The translations under genes were made by a program, and so were the position numbers. Under the pieces are notes generated by a model, which saw only the letters and a program-made list of their open reading frames with translations, ran no database searches and was not told where the DNA came from. Shown in pieces: positions 12,879 to 25,856 of a stretch of DNA of 64,000 bases. The DNA lies in NCBI GenBank assembly GCA_973895155.1, contig OZ316893.1, positions 868,860-932,859 of the forward strand. Direction: 5' to 3'. The stretch comes from Marsupella aquatica. Lineage: Eukaryota > Plantae > Marchantiophyta. Every line of letters begins with the position of its first letter. The stretch's first letter is position 1.

Positions 12879-13714
12879 TTCTATATAGATAGGCGTCTCT
12901 CAACTTAGAGTCTTGGGAACATTACCCTGATATGGGTTGAGTTTTGAGACCCTTCTATATAGGTAGGCTTGGAGTGTGGGTCTCCATCCCATTCACATTC
13001 TTGCTGAAATTGTTTTTTTACCATAAGTGCAAACAACAAAACGGTACAGAATCCCAGATCAGCCGTCTGGCCGGGAAATAAACCGGACGGCCGGATATGG
13101 CTCGCTAGAGGTTGCGTGCGGCAGTTCTCCGCTGCCCATTCTTCCTCCCGTTCAGCGACCTGTTCTGCTCGTTTCACCTCTCAGTCCGAAAGAAAGTACT
13201 CGAAGAAATGAACGAAAGAATGAAGGTAGGAACAAGAAATTGAGGGAGGAGGAGGAGAAAGTTGGACCAGAACCATCAGCGAAGAGCTCTCCATCTTGGG
13301 AATTGCTGGACTCGACTCTGACGAGCTTCGAGAAGATTTTCTTCCATCTCAAGGCAAGAAGAACGAGCTTGGGCCTTGGGTTCTCCGTCTTCCCTCCACC
13401 TCTTTACGGCACTGTGTTTGGGCCCCTCTATCGTCTCTTCTTTTCCGGAGGAGCTTTCTCCCGCCCCTTTAATGTGTTCCTTTTTTTCTTGGGATACATG
13501 TGTCGTGTATATTGGGAGCTCCGTGGAGTTCGAAGTTGTTCCATCCCGTAACTGGAGCCGGTATTGTTTATTTTGTGGGGTTTAGTTGGCGCTGTCAAGG
13601 GTGGTGGCTGATAAGAAATCGGAAAATGGGAGAGCAGGAGTAAGTTGGTGAGCAGAGCGGAGCGTGGTGTGAGAAAGCCGGATCTCGTCTGCGGTATTCA
13701 GAAAGCGGGACGCG

Positions 13715-16700
13715 ATGGACTCCGGTAAGACATGTTCTATTGAGTGGTGTGCATAGAGCATAGACAATGAGGAAACCTGGAAGTTCCTTTGCCTCGTACG
13801 CTGTGCGTATCTGAGCGTCTAAAGGGCTATGTGAAGCAGTAACTTGTGGTTCTTAGCTTCTGCCCAATTCTAAGGTTTCTGAATGTTACAGCGGGGACTC
13901 TACGATTACGGCTGTCTACTTGATATTAGGGTTCAGGGTTTTTCTGGAGCAATGCTTCCGTTTCGCAGCGTCTTGCAGCTCGTGGCAGAGGAATTTCATG
14001 AACTCTTGCTGGCACTTCCATCTTTCCAGCTCTCTTTAGCACACCGAGTCAGAGATCAGTCCTCGACAATTGAATTTAGCTGTCTAATCGATAAATTCTC
14101 GCCTCACCGGTATACGGAGACCAGAGAAAATTGACTTATCCCGAAACTGATAAATGCGTGTATTGAAGTGAGAGAAATATGATCACCGCCGCCCTAAATT
14201 TGGTCCTACGCAGGCTCTAGTTGCAGAACATTAGACAGGGCTGTTCCTTCTCAAACAGTTTCCCTCCCAACCTGAGCTGACTGTTATCCTGATAATTCCT
14301 CGTGTCCCTGACTGGGTTGCTTTCATAGGCTAGGTTTCTCTTGGAATTTCCCTTGTTGTCGATGAAGTGCCATCAAAGCTCCCAAATCTATACTACTTCT
14401 GCTGACTACAAATGGGATCCACGGTCATCTGGTTTGCCAATTGAAGATGCAGACATGGAGGATTACGGCTTTGAATATTCGGATGAGGAGCCGGAGGAAC
14501 AAGATGTGGATATTGAAAATCAATATTACAACTCAAAAGGTGAGGTTTCAGAAGGATTAAGGAAAGATTTTTCTCAACCTAATTTCTATGCATCTCTTAC
14601 TTTTGCATTATTTCTATAGCAACCGAGGTTTCCAAATGGTTTGCTGTGTTTCGTTTTATCAAGAAATACAATGAATTTTCTGCAGGATTAGTGGAGGCTG
14701 ACGCAGAGGGTGCTCTTAAGGGATTTGCTGAAGTCGTGAAGATGGAAGGAGAGAAAGGAGAATGGTAAAGCTTTGTTAGAATTTAATTTTTCCATCTGTA
14801 TCATCTCTACGTCCACATCACACATACATCTGCATGTGGTTTTAAAATACCTCCATGATTACGAAGTCAGAAACAATTACAACTTGTCCTTTGCAAATTG
14901 TAATCTTTCATGTGTCAGTCAATAACTCTTGGATTCGTCGAAGTTCGCTGGAAAGCTGATGGTGGATTCTCACTCTCATTGTTACAGGGGATTCAAGGCC
15001 TTGAAGCAGACTGTTAAGCTGCACTATCGGATTGGAAATTACAAAGAGATGATGGATGCCTACAGAGAAATGCTTACGTACATAAAATCAGCAGTCACGC
15101 GTAATTACAGTGAGAAATGTATCAACAACATCTTAGACTTTGTGTCCGGAAGTGCAAGTCAAAATTTGGAGCTTCTGCAGGAGTTCTATCAAACCACTCT
15201 AAAAGCTCTTGAAGATGCCAAAAACGAGGTGAGGCAGCTTGTGGACAAAATCTTACGTATAAGGGATTTCTGAACATGTGAAGGGTTAGACCAGCTATCA
15301 CAGTGTCTTTAGTTTCAACTCGAGATTCACAATTCGAAAGATCTAAACTTTCCTAGCGATTGATTTCTCAGCAATGTCAATTTCGCAAGCTTGTGTCACA
15401 TGTTTTTGTTCCTATAAATGCTTTCCTCGTGCAAGCTTCCGATGCGCTCTATGTGACAGTTTTTCCTGTAGCAGGGTTGCTTCAAAGCAATATGCATACA
15501 CATAATGTCATTTTGAACTGTTAGCCGTGATTTTCAACGGAGCTCTTATGCCTTCAACATAGCTTGTAGGTTCCTGGCATTCGTTAGTCTTCTGGAGAGC
15601 CACGTATTGACGAATGTTACTTTTTCTGTGTACAGAGACTCTGGTTTAAGACGAACTTGAAGCTTTGTAAATTATGGTTCGACATGGGAGAATATGGCCG
15701 CATGAACAAGGTTTGTTGCTTTCTTATATGAGATGATAAGCGTTGGAAGTTTTCATTATATGAGTTGCCAGTGATTTTTGTCTTTAAGATTGCAAAGAAA
15801 CTCTCTTGATTACACTCTTCGCTCTCTGACAGTGAACAAACGTACCTGGTAGCTGGTAACTCATTGGGAACATCGAACTTCATATCTCAATCAATTAGAA
15901 ATCCTTCTATGTGCACCTAACTTTTCCCAGTGGCCTACTGCATTCCAACGTGAGTTTTCTCAGCAATTCTCCTTGGCGTGCCTCTGGTTCTCTTCTAAGC
16001 CCAACCAGATTGTCAAACACTGTCCTTGTAGCTTGTTTCTAATTTGGAGACGACGTCTTGCAGATTTTGAAAGAGTTACACAAGTCATGTCAGAGGGAGG
16101 ATGGTACAGATGATCAAAAGAAGGGAACTCAATTGTTGGAAGTTTATGCCATAGAAATCCAGATGTACACAGAAACGAAGAACAACAAGAAATTGAAGGT
16201 ATGATATTATTTGTTATTACGTTGTAAATAGTGTGGAACTCGTCACAATGTTTATCTTGTTAACCAGATTATGCCAGTCATTTCCTGCCGTGGCAAGTGC
16301 CAGAGAGCATTTACCAAGATTATTGTAGTTTCGTAGATGGTTGTTCAGGATACTGATATTTAGGCTTGTAATTCTGATGTCATCAGCAACTATACCAGAA
16401 AGCACTGTCGATAAAGTCTGCAATTCCTCACCCTCGCATCATGGGGGTTATACATGAGTGCGGAGGAAAGATGCACATGGCAGAGCGTCAATGGGCCGAT
16501 GCAGCTACGGATTTTTTTGATGCCTTCAAAAACTACGATGAGGCTGGGACCCACCGGCGTATTCAGTGTCTCAAGTATGATACCAACTTTTTTTAAATAA
16601 CTGATTCTCCTGTAATTATTGAGCCGGAATGTGCGTTGAAGAGCAAGTTGTTAGTGAAAATCGGGGGGAGGGGGGGGGGGGGGGGGGGGCGCTAGTTAGG

Positions 16701-18469
16701 CGTTTCTTGGTTTGCATATGGGAGAGGAAGCAAGGGACTGGCCAGTGAGTATCATTGGGATAAGTGGGATGATCCATAGGTTTTGTGTTGGTAAGGATCC
16801 CTTGCATTCCTCTACTGTGTCGTCCATGTGGGCAGTACACGAATTTTACTGCTCATGTTGACTCGTGTGACTTTTCTGTTGATCAGATACCTTGTGCTGG
16901 CAAATATGCTCATGGAATCGGAAGTAAATCCATTTGACGGCCAGGAGGCCAAGCCGTAAGTGCCATTACAATCTTGTATTTCTGCGACTGCGTTTATGAG
17001 GTGTCACAGAGGTTCCGCTGTTATGTGTGGCATGTTTCATTTTCAGCAACTTTGAAATGGATTCCTTGCAGGTACAAGAATGATCCAGAAATTCTAGCAA
17101 TGACAAATCTTGTCGCGGCATACCAACGGAATGAGATTCTCGAGTTCGAGAAAATCTTGAAGGTGTCATTTGGAACTGTGTCTGATCTGGTCCATCATTC
17201 ATGAGTTTTCCTTCTGTAATGGTTCGGGCAAGCTCGGACCATAGAGCATTCCCTATAGAAACACTGTTGCTCTAATTTGAAGTAACAAAACAAAACTGGT
17301 ATTGAAACCCGCTAGTTGCAGTAAATATCTTCTGAAAAATCTCTTGAACGAAGCAGGCAGTCTGCCGTCTGGAATATGTATAGCTTAGAAACAGGCAGAC
17401 TCAGCTTCCCATAATCTCATTCCTCTGTTTAGATTTTTCATGGATTTCAGTATTGGAGGAATTGTTTTACAAGTCGTTTAGAATCCAAGCAAGTCTTTCC
17501 TGTGCTTTGGGTGGTTCCCTACTAGATTGACTTCATTACTGGGAGTGGCTGGTATTGACCTTCACTGTGCTTTCCTCCGCAGAGCAATCGGAAAACAATC
17601 ATGGATGACCCTTTCATTCGAAACTACATCGAGGATCTGCTTAAAAATATTCGAACTCAAGTGCTGTTGAAACTCATCAAACCCTACACTCGTATTCGCA
17701 TTCCGTTCATTTCCAAGGTATGTCAATTCGTTTATATCACGATTTACAGGAGTGGTGTGTACGAATGGGATTAGGTGATAACGAGGAAATGGTCAGCAAC
17801 TCATTTGAATGGGCTGTTGGCTCAGCATAATTTAGTATTGGGGTCACTCTCTTATTCTTTCCCAGAGATCATTTAGTAGGCAGAAGCTGATGCAAACTGA
17901 GTCTGTCAACGGACCCAAAGTTCTTTCCTCATTTCTCAGCCGATTCTTTCGAGGTACTAGTCATGTGTTCCAACTTTCAGCATATGTTCCACGATATTGT
18001 CATTTTGTTTAGGGTGCGCCTCACAAAGCAGTGGCTTACGTCGAAACTGCTTAATGTCTGAGAGTTCATGAAGTCCTGTACCTATGGATGTCCTTTATCT
18101 ATGCTTCGATGTGTATCTTCTGTACACTGACTTAACATTCTTTGGTGTGTGCAGGAGCTAAACATTCCAGAAAAAGACGTTGAGCATTTGCTGGTGTCGT
18201 TGATCTTGGATAATAGAGTACATGGTCACATTGATCAGGTCAATCAGTTATTGGAGCTTGGAGATAGGTACGTCAGCGTTTCATTAGTAGTTGTGCGGAA
18301 GAGGTCAGCTGTCTGATTTTGCTTATTGAACGGGCATTAGCATTATGGCTAACAAGTTTGACTACCCATGTATTGCAGGTCTAAAGGGTTGAAGAAATAT
18401 ACTGCCATTGATAAGTGGAATACTCAACTGAAGTCACTCTACCAAACCGTCACTACTCGGATTGGCTGA
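13715..18469 (+). CDS. CSN2: COP9 signalosome complex subunit 2 (PCI domain)
   Basis: 12 exons: 13715-13724, 14447-14539, 14686-14764, 14988-15228, 15636-15710, 16064-16198, 16387-16574, 16887-16955, 17072-17162, 17583-17717, 18155-18267, 18379-18469. Spliced protein [35 protein letters not shown]...[11 protein letters not shown]...[13 protein letters not shown]...[18 protein letters not shown]...[13 protein letters not shown] matches plant CSN2/FUS12. Confidence 0.98.
16663..16689 (+). repeat. Poly-G tract in CSN2 intron 7
   Basis: GGGGGGAG followed by an uninterrupted G run to 16689. Confidence 0.9.
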
Positions 18470-19814
18470 TTGGTGGAGGCCATATTCTAAATTGAATTCC
18501 TTCAAGATTTGATGAAATCTAAACCAAGTGTTGAGTCAGTTTTACATTAGATCAAGCGGCGAGTTTTTGAGGATAGGTTTGGTGGCATCAGTCAATCCAA
18601 GTTTCTTTGTAACGTGACATGCCTCTCACCTCCTTTAATCCACACACCTGAGCTTCGTCACTAGGTGGTCATTGGCTGTTGCAGCCAGTCTACAGGCACT
18701 GTGTTGATTTGAAAAGCTCGAGGGGCTCATTTGTCCTCGCGAACAAGAATAAAGAGCAAGAGCATGTAGTATGTATCATGATATTTGCTTTTAGCCAAGA
18801 CTGCTCTTCTACCAGCTCCGACCCTGATATTGTTTTGGTAGTTTTGCGATATAATGGCCCTGTAGGCAGCCCTGAAGTTCCTCCAACCCTCTTTAATCAA
18901 TGGCAGACAGGACCTTTATATTGCCCCTCAATTCAGCTTGAAGCTGTGGACGGTTTCTATCGAATGCTGTCCTGCTTCATATCAGCAGTGGCTTTTAAAG
19001 GTTCCCAAATGTCACATTGCTGTGACCACACTCATTACTTTTGAAAAGCATCCTTGTTTACGTTTGAACGACAGCTGATCTGTCAGCGACACCTTTTGGA
19101 GAGCTTGGAATTTGCAATTAACGGGTCAAGTGTTGGGTCTGTAGGGTATGACCACTGAAGGCTCTGCCTATTGTTTTGTGATGAAGTTTGCATAATTATG
19201 GTAGTAGCCTTTGGATGGTTTGGAAACTGCTCGGAGGGATTTTGCCAAGAGGGATTATGCGAAGAATTTGGTCTGCTCTGCCTGGAGAGGTAGCGAAGAG
19301 TAATGGTTTCCTGGTGTTGGACTATATTTAATATACGGTATTTGCAGATATCTCTCTTGGTTTCACGGGTGACCCTTTCAGGATTACAGAGACTCATCAG
19401 CATAGGGAGTTCGATAATATAAGTAGATTGATTCGAATCAGCTCTCCATCAGGGGTGACTTGGAGTGTGAAGGGCTGAAATTGTTTCTTAACCGACAACA
19501 GTCAGAAGTTACGTTGTGCATAGAAGGGGACTTTCGCATTCACTCGCACCTTCCCTACCCCTTTCACTCCCTGTCCATTCACGACGTGGTCCCTGATGAC
19601 TGATTTCCTTCTATTTTGTTTCAATAGGTATTTACGATACAGTACTGTGTAAACTTCAGAGGAATATCCTAGTTGAGTTTCCAAGGGACAACATAATGTA
19701 TCCGCAACCATTGAAAGTCTTCACTGTGTAAAGATAGAGTTCTAAGAGAGAATTCTAGGATCATAGCTTTTTTGTAGTCCCTGTTGCCAAGACTAGGACG
19801 AAGGAGACCTCCTT

Positions 19815-19854
19815 CACGGTTAGACAAAGTGGAGCGCAATTTTGTCTAACCGTG
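19815..19854. repeat. 40-bp inverted repeat (14-bp perfect stem)
   Basis: CACGGTTAGACAAA-GTGGAGCGCAAT-TTTGTCTAACCGTG. Confidence 0.85.
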
Positions 19855-22702
19855 TCAAACCCCCGATGTCAGAGAATGAAGAACCCTAGCCAAAGAACTA
19901 CACTAGACTTTTAGGTGGAGTGGGTCCCCAACGTGTCTCCTAGCAAAGATTCTAGCACCATTTGGTGTACTTTGCTTACAAGACATTGGGGGCCATAAAA
20001 TGATTCCAAACTCTCCACACTTTCTTTAGTATGTTAAATGGCAGATAGATTCGCTATGGTGAAAAACAGAACTCAAATTCCCCGATCTTGTAACGCCACC
20101 CTAAGAGTGACCAATGAGTGGGGGCCAAGATAATTGGCCTAAGAGCATCCCCAAACCTTACTAGAAAAGCCTTACTGTATGTGCTCGCTGACCAGACCAC
20201 TAAAATGCAAAAGAAATGTAGCTGTAAATACTGGTTTTTTATAGCCAGTGGATCTATTTGGGATACAATAAAGGGTTTAGGTTGCTGGGTTTTCAAGATT
20301 GCAATCTAGTGTGAAGCTGATTTCTAGTGGGTTAGCTGATGGTTTTTCAAGATTGTAATTCAATGCGAAATTTATTTCTCCTGTGGAGGAAAGTTAGCCA
20401 ATAAGGGTCGGGTCTGAGTTTCATTTGACCATAATTGTTACTCATATTGTAAAGTGAAAACGGTATTGTTAGAGCCTGGGTATTCACTCCTTACATATAT
20501 ATAACAAGCTGCCCAAAACAAATGGCGCCAATGGGGAGACACGCCCACGGGGAGAGGCCCAATCAAGGGGAAGGAACCAAAAGCCTAAAGGCCCAGCCAA
20601 AGCCCAGCCAATCAAAGCCAGGGAACCAAAGCCTAAAACCTACCTATTGGCAAATAGAAGAGTCTGGTAGAGCTATATATGTGAAGTGCATAGGAGGGGC
20701 AAGCAAAGGGATCCAACTAGAAGCCCTAAAACTAATGCCTCACCCCTACCAAGAATAGGGCCCCTAAACCTACTGCCTCACCCTACCCCCTACCAAGAAT
20801 AGTACAACATGGCTCTCAGGAAAGTGAATGATGGAGTTGGTGGAGGAGCGAGGAGTGGAGTGGGGTACGTTCACGCGAGGGCGGGCTCCAACCGGGAGCG
20901 CTGCAGTTTGCTGCCCTCACATGTGGGAAGCATTTCATGATGGGCCCCTGGCCTCTTGGAGGAGAGGTTGTCTGGGAGTGACCTCTGGACTTCGCCTTTG
21001 CCCCGGGAGGTCGGGGCCATGCAGGCTGCCGGCCCTCCTCCCCCCTTCTGGATTTTTGGGTTTCCTCTGCTGTCCTTGGTTTTTATGCTCACCTGGCAGC
21101 CGGCCCTCCTCGTTCTTGCTTCGACCTTCGGTTGGCATATTTTTTGGGGTTTTGGACTTTGTTGTGGTGCCTGCCTGGTTAGGTGGGTTGTTGGCCCCAG
21201 GCCTGCTGTGGGATCTGGTGGGGTGGATGGTGTGCCTGTGGCTAGCATGCCACTGGGGATACCGCCTCTTGGTATCCCCATTTGCACTGAGGGCATTCAG
21301 GTTTTGGGAGTATCTTTCGAAGAGGAGGCCTTTGTGCATGATTTTTTGCAGGCTGCATTATCTCAGTACTTTCTTCACATTGACCAGCTGGTTGCCCTAT
21401 GGTCAGGTTTGACAATCGGAAGACCTGGTGTTTTATTGGGCTGGAGTATGTGCCCTTGGTGATGTGGTGGTGGTTGATCCCACTAATGTGAGGAATGTTG
21501 CAGTTGCTGCCCATGTGCCTTGACATGCTACAGCCAAGGGTTGCTTGGCTCAACGGGGAGGCCTATTTTGTTTGCTACTTGGGAAATATTTTCTACCCTT
21601 TTGCTCTAGAGGTTTTTAGTGCTCTCCACCCTTGCTTTGACCAATTTCTTTGAGCTTGTGCAGATTTTTGTATTGAGCGGAGGTCCTTTCCCCTTGTTTC
21701 TGTTCTCAAGACCTTCTTTTGACAGAGGGTGTCGGTGGCACTTCAAAGGGCTCAAGCTTTCTGGTCTTTGTCTAGCGGAGGTGGTTGGTTTTAGGGCCAT
21801 CTCCCGTTTGGCAGTTTTATATATACCTTACAGCAACCAAAACCCATAATTCTTTGTAGATGCTCCAATGAGTCTGGTACTACTGAGTCCGACACTACTG
21901 GCTTCCTGTGGGTTTTCCAGAACAGCCAGCACGATCCATTTTGCATACAAACAAAGACATGATTATGGTTTGAGTCAGATTTAGCTTGGCATTCTTGGTG
22001 CTAAATAGAGTTTACATAGGTGTTCCATGTTTCAATTGAAAAGATGAGAGATGAGCTGTGATGAGAAATGAAGATCATGAGACATGATTGTGGTATCCAT
22101 GGGATCAAGCAGAGCTTTGTCTATGTTGAACAGAGTTAATTAATTTAAGCGTTCCATTTTTTGAGTGACTGTGGAGGGATAGAGATGAGTTGCAATGAGA
22201 AATGCAGCTCAGTAGAGATGCCAAATGGAGCTTACCTAAGTGTTTCTCTTTTCAGTTTGTCTTTCAGGTTGAGTAGAGATGTGTTGCAATGAGAAATCTA
22301 TCTGAGTCAAATAGGGCAGGACTGAAAGCAAACTTTGCTTTGGTGTGTGATTCCTGTGAGTCAAACTGGAGTAAGAGAGGTCTTATCCGCAATAGATTCC
22401 ATGGCAGGAAATTAAAAATCCTAATGCATTGTGCTTCTCCAATTATTGGCCAGGGATGGTATGTGGACACCGAGAGACATCACCGGTTTGGCGCCATAAG
22501 ATTGAAAATTTGTGCATATCCATAATGTGAAAAAAGTTGGGGCCATTTCTATATGGCCAAAAACATGCAACTTTGAGATAACCTTTTAGAGCGGTAAGCC
22601 ACCAATGACCCTGAAGCAAAACCTGGTTTGATCAATGTTGTTCTAAAGAAGATAAAAAGGTACACTATATTGACCTTCTCAAACCTGGTGGGCAGTGGCC
22701 GT

Positions 22703-22759
22703 TTAAGCTCTTTTGGGTATAGCTATGATGAAGTCCTTTCTATACATGGCTGACTCATA
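22703..22759 (-). pseudogene. Relic 3' end of a paralog of the adjacent alpha/beta hydrolase
   Basis: Translates YESAMYRKDFIIAIPKRA* versus DEAAKYMKDFIIATTERA* of the intact gene: colinear, 11/18 identical, stop codon at the same position. Confidence 0.8.
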
Positions 22760-22875
22760 CAGGAAAAAAAAACATATAGCAAGTTATACACAAGAAAGTT
22801 GGGGCCATTTTTTCATGGTCGAAACCCATCACCTGTACATGAATCTTGGAGACCCACTATGTTACAGGGCCTCAA

Positions 22876-23222
22876 ACCTCTAAATTTACAGTGAGTGAAT
22901 AATTACCTCTAAATTTACAGTAAGTGAGTAGTTAAGGTAAGAGACAGGAAAAGTTACAGAATACCAAATTCATGATCCATAACTTTGCTACCAACTGCCA
23001 AATTCAAAATCTATATCTTTTTTTCCCATAAAATTGATCATGTGCCAGAGACAGGAAAAGTTACAGACTACCAAATTCATAATTGATCATGTGCAAGAGA
23101 CAGGAAAAGTTGCATACTACCAAATTCATGATCCACCCCAAATTCTTTATCCATAACTTTGCTATGGACTACCAAATTCAAGATCCATATCTTTTTGCCA
23201 TAAAGATTGAGCATGTGCCACT
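22876..23222. repeat. Mosaic of short tandem duplications downstream of the hydrolase
   Basis: ACCTCTAAATTTACAGT twice; AGAGACAGGAAAAGTT three times, each followed by TACCAAATTCAT; ATTGATCATGTGC repeated. Confidence 0.85.
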
Positions 23223-23340
23223 ACCCTAAGTAAATGTAAAGGTTACCAAAGAAAAACAACTTATACACAACCCTGTGGGAAAATATTAGGGCCATAGCTC
23301 CATGGTCAAAATACATCCCCGGAAAATGAAGCTTTCAGCC

Positions 23341-24213
23341 TCAAGCCCGTTCCGTTGTTGCTATGATGAAGTCCTTCATGTACTTGGCTGCTTCATCGAG
23401 ATACTCCTCCAGCACAAAGTGTCCGCCATTGAGCAGATGCAGTTCGGCCTTGGGCAAATCTCGTTGAAAGGCGGTGGCACCGTCCACGCCGAAGATGAAA
23501 TCGTTCTTGCCCCACACGATCAGCGTCGGCCACTGGTACTTGCGGAAGAAGTCGTGAAAGGTTGGATACAAGGGAATGTTGGTTTGGTAGTCGTAGAAGA
23601 GGTCCAGCTGAATCGCGTCATGTCCGGGCTGCGTCAAGAAGTAGTAGTCGTGAGCCCAGGTATCCGGAGACACCTTGCTCAAGTCCTGCGTTCCCACTGT
23701 GTATTGGGATTTGGTGGCCTCGAGAGTTAGTATGGGCCTGATGCTTTTCTCCGTTTCAGATGTTCGCACTTTCCAGTACTTCTTGAGATCATCCCAAAAT
23801 GGTGTGAGGCCTTCCGAGTAGGCGTTCCCGTTCTGCACGATCAGTCCGAGCACGCGCTCTGGATGGGCGATCGCCAAACGGAAGCCAGTAGGAGCCCCGT
23901 AATCCATCAAGTAGATGAAGTAACTCTTCAAGCCGAGGTGCTCCACCAGCTCGCCGACCGTAAGCGCCAAGTTTTCGAACGTGTAGGTGAAACTCCGGTC
24001 TGTGGGGGACTCCGTGTTGCCAAAACCGGGTAAATCGGGCGCCACGAGGTGTGCATACGGAGCCAATGCTGGAATCAGGTTGCGGAACATGTGCGAGGAT
24101 GTCGGGAACCCGTGCAGGAGAAGCACCGTGGGACTCGCTGGATTCCCGGCCTCTCGGTAGAACACCTTGAGCTTCGAGAGCTGAGCGGTTTTGTATAGCG
24201 TAGGGTACGACAT
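23341..24213 (-). CDS. Intronless alpha/beta-fold hydrolase (epoxide hydrolase/haloalkane dehalogenase-like), microbial type, 290 aa
   Basis: ATG at 24213 (MSYPTLYK). Motifs LLLHGFPTSSHMFRNLIP, VAPDLPGFG, nucleophile elbow YLMDYGAP, QNGNAY, WGKNDFIF and GGHFVLE. TATA-like TATTTAA on the minus strand at 24352-24358. Confidence 0.95.
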   Translation of the reverse strand: MSYPTLYKTAQLSKLKVFYREAGNPASPTVLLLHGFPTSSHMFRNLIPALAPYAHLVAPDLPGFGNTESPTDRSFTYTFENLALTVGELVEHLGLKSYFIYLMDYGAPTGFRLAIAHPERVLGLIVQNGNAYSEGLTPFWDDLKKYWKVRTSETEKSIRPILTLEATKSQYTVGTQDLSKVSPDTWAHDYYFLTQPGHDAIQLDLFYDYQTNIPLYPTFHDFFRKYQWPTLIVWGKNDFIFGVDGATAFQRDLPKAELHLLNGGHFVLEEYLDEAAKYMKDFIIATTERA

Positions 24214-25824
24214 TATGGAATTCTGGTCGATGACTCTATCTCCTCTCAATCACGAAGCAGACGAGTCGTGTCCGAACGATAACACAGGCCCAATGCTTTC
24301 AAGTTTAGAGAGCACTCAATCGAAAGTAGTGGATTTCCAACGCTACTACTCCTTAAATACGTTTCCAATGGGAGGCCAATTCCCAGCTCGATCGATCAGA
24401 AAAGATATAACCTCAAGGGCGGAGGAGACGATGGATAGATGATTCCTGGGACACTTCCGCCTTATGTAGGACCACCGCTCTTATTTCACACCCAGTCACT
24501 CCCTCGCTACTATGCCAATCTCCTCCACGATTTCAGGAAAATGGAGTTCAGTGGCGCTTTACCTCGGTACCTCTTCAAAATGGATATGCTCTGAAGCAAC
24601 AGCAAAGACTACAAAAGACTCCATTGATGATTCGTCGTTTCAACAACTAGGTGAAATGGTCCGATAATTATGAAAATGAACGGGTGAAGGTGCGTGGTTT
24701 AAAATGAGTTGAGATTCGCAAGGAGAGCACCGAGAGGCTCCCCTCGGGAAGACAGGCTTATTCAATTCAGACTTCTACAGTTTCCAAATTATTCTTAGCC
24801 ACAGTAAGCTGGAATAGTGGCTGGCCCGTTCATAGAAATCAATAAAGAATTTAACTTTCACATATATCCCACAATTCCAAGTCGTCGTTTCACCAATCCA
24901 AGAAGTGGGACAATAAGGCTTTGGCGCGGAAGCTCGCCCATACTATCCTCTCAGAACAGTTCCCATGGCAATGACCGGATGCAATGTTACAATGTACGTC
25001 AGACAGCACCAATTACACGCGAGTCCAGTGACAGCATGAGATCACCTTGCAAATTGCAGAGTGGAAGTGACATCAGCTGACAGGCGAGTCTCCGTGTGAG
25101 CTCAGCAAGTCGCTGAGCTCAGCTTGCATGAATTGGCCAGACGGTCAGAGCTTTTAACCTGAATGTGGACCCCATCGTCATCAAACGCTCTGGTGAAGCG
25201 TCTCCCGAAGGTCCCTATAGTTGGGCTTTCCGGGAAAGTAAGATCGGAGGAAAGTCGACAAACCTCTTCTCTCGTCCTCGAAAGTAAAAGGGAGGGAGAG
25301 AAGGTGTCTGCTGGGACAAGATTACGTGGCCTTTCGGGGGAAGTTGTGATCAGGAGTCGTGGATAGTGAGCTGTTGACCTTATAATCTCCTTCGAGGAAA
25401 CCATTGAAAACACCAATGCAATCTTTGGTGGACTTTGTGACAGTTGCTGCAAGGAAAGCTTCGATGAGGGGAATGTGTTGCCAGTTTTCTCATTCAGCGC
25501 TTCAGTAGCGCATGCGTACCAAAGCCTGGTTTTGAGACGATATATGAGGATACTGATCGTCCATTATTGTTAGCCTTCCTTCCCGTGCTAGGGTCTTACT
25601 GGTGTGTGCTCAAAACTACATTTCTATTGAACTATATATTTTCTGGCAGTTATATATGTATATTCATAAACACTATATATTAAATAATTTATGGAAATGT
25701 AGCTGAGCACCATACCACACGCGAGAGAACCCATTGGCAAAATACACTAAATTATGATGATGGCCATTGTAGATAGAGGATTAGGCAGATCTAAAGGTAC
25801 CTTACTATGAGAATGTTGACAATA

Positions 25825-25856
25825 GGGTGTCTCAAAGTTAAGATGGTTAGACACCC
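25825..25856. mobile_element. 32-bp micro-element of the GGGYRTCTCAA/TA family
   Basis: TA|GGGTGTCTCAAAGTTAAGATG-GTTAGACACCC|TA; the left 21 nt align to the 11526 terminus GGGCATCTCAAAGCTAGGATG. Confidence 0.6.

Noticed and set aside
20828-21553. Stack of overlapping 100-190 aa ORFs on both strands
   Set aside because: GC-rich, compositionally skewed DNA poor in stop codons; no domain, splice model, TIR or LTR found. Probably a TE remnant but unsupported.
23357-23374. Hairpin 3' arm shares TATGATGAAGT with the antisense of the hydrolase 3' end, suggesting a cis-linked miRNA target
   Set aside because: Only 11 nt match exactly; about one such hit is expected by chance in 64 kb on both strands, and the flanks do not pair.
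23302-23730. 142-aa plus-strand ORF
   Set aside because: Antisense shadow of the GC3-rich hydrolase.
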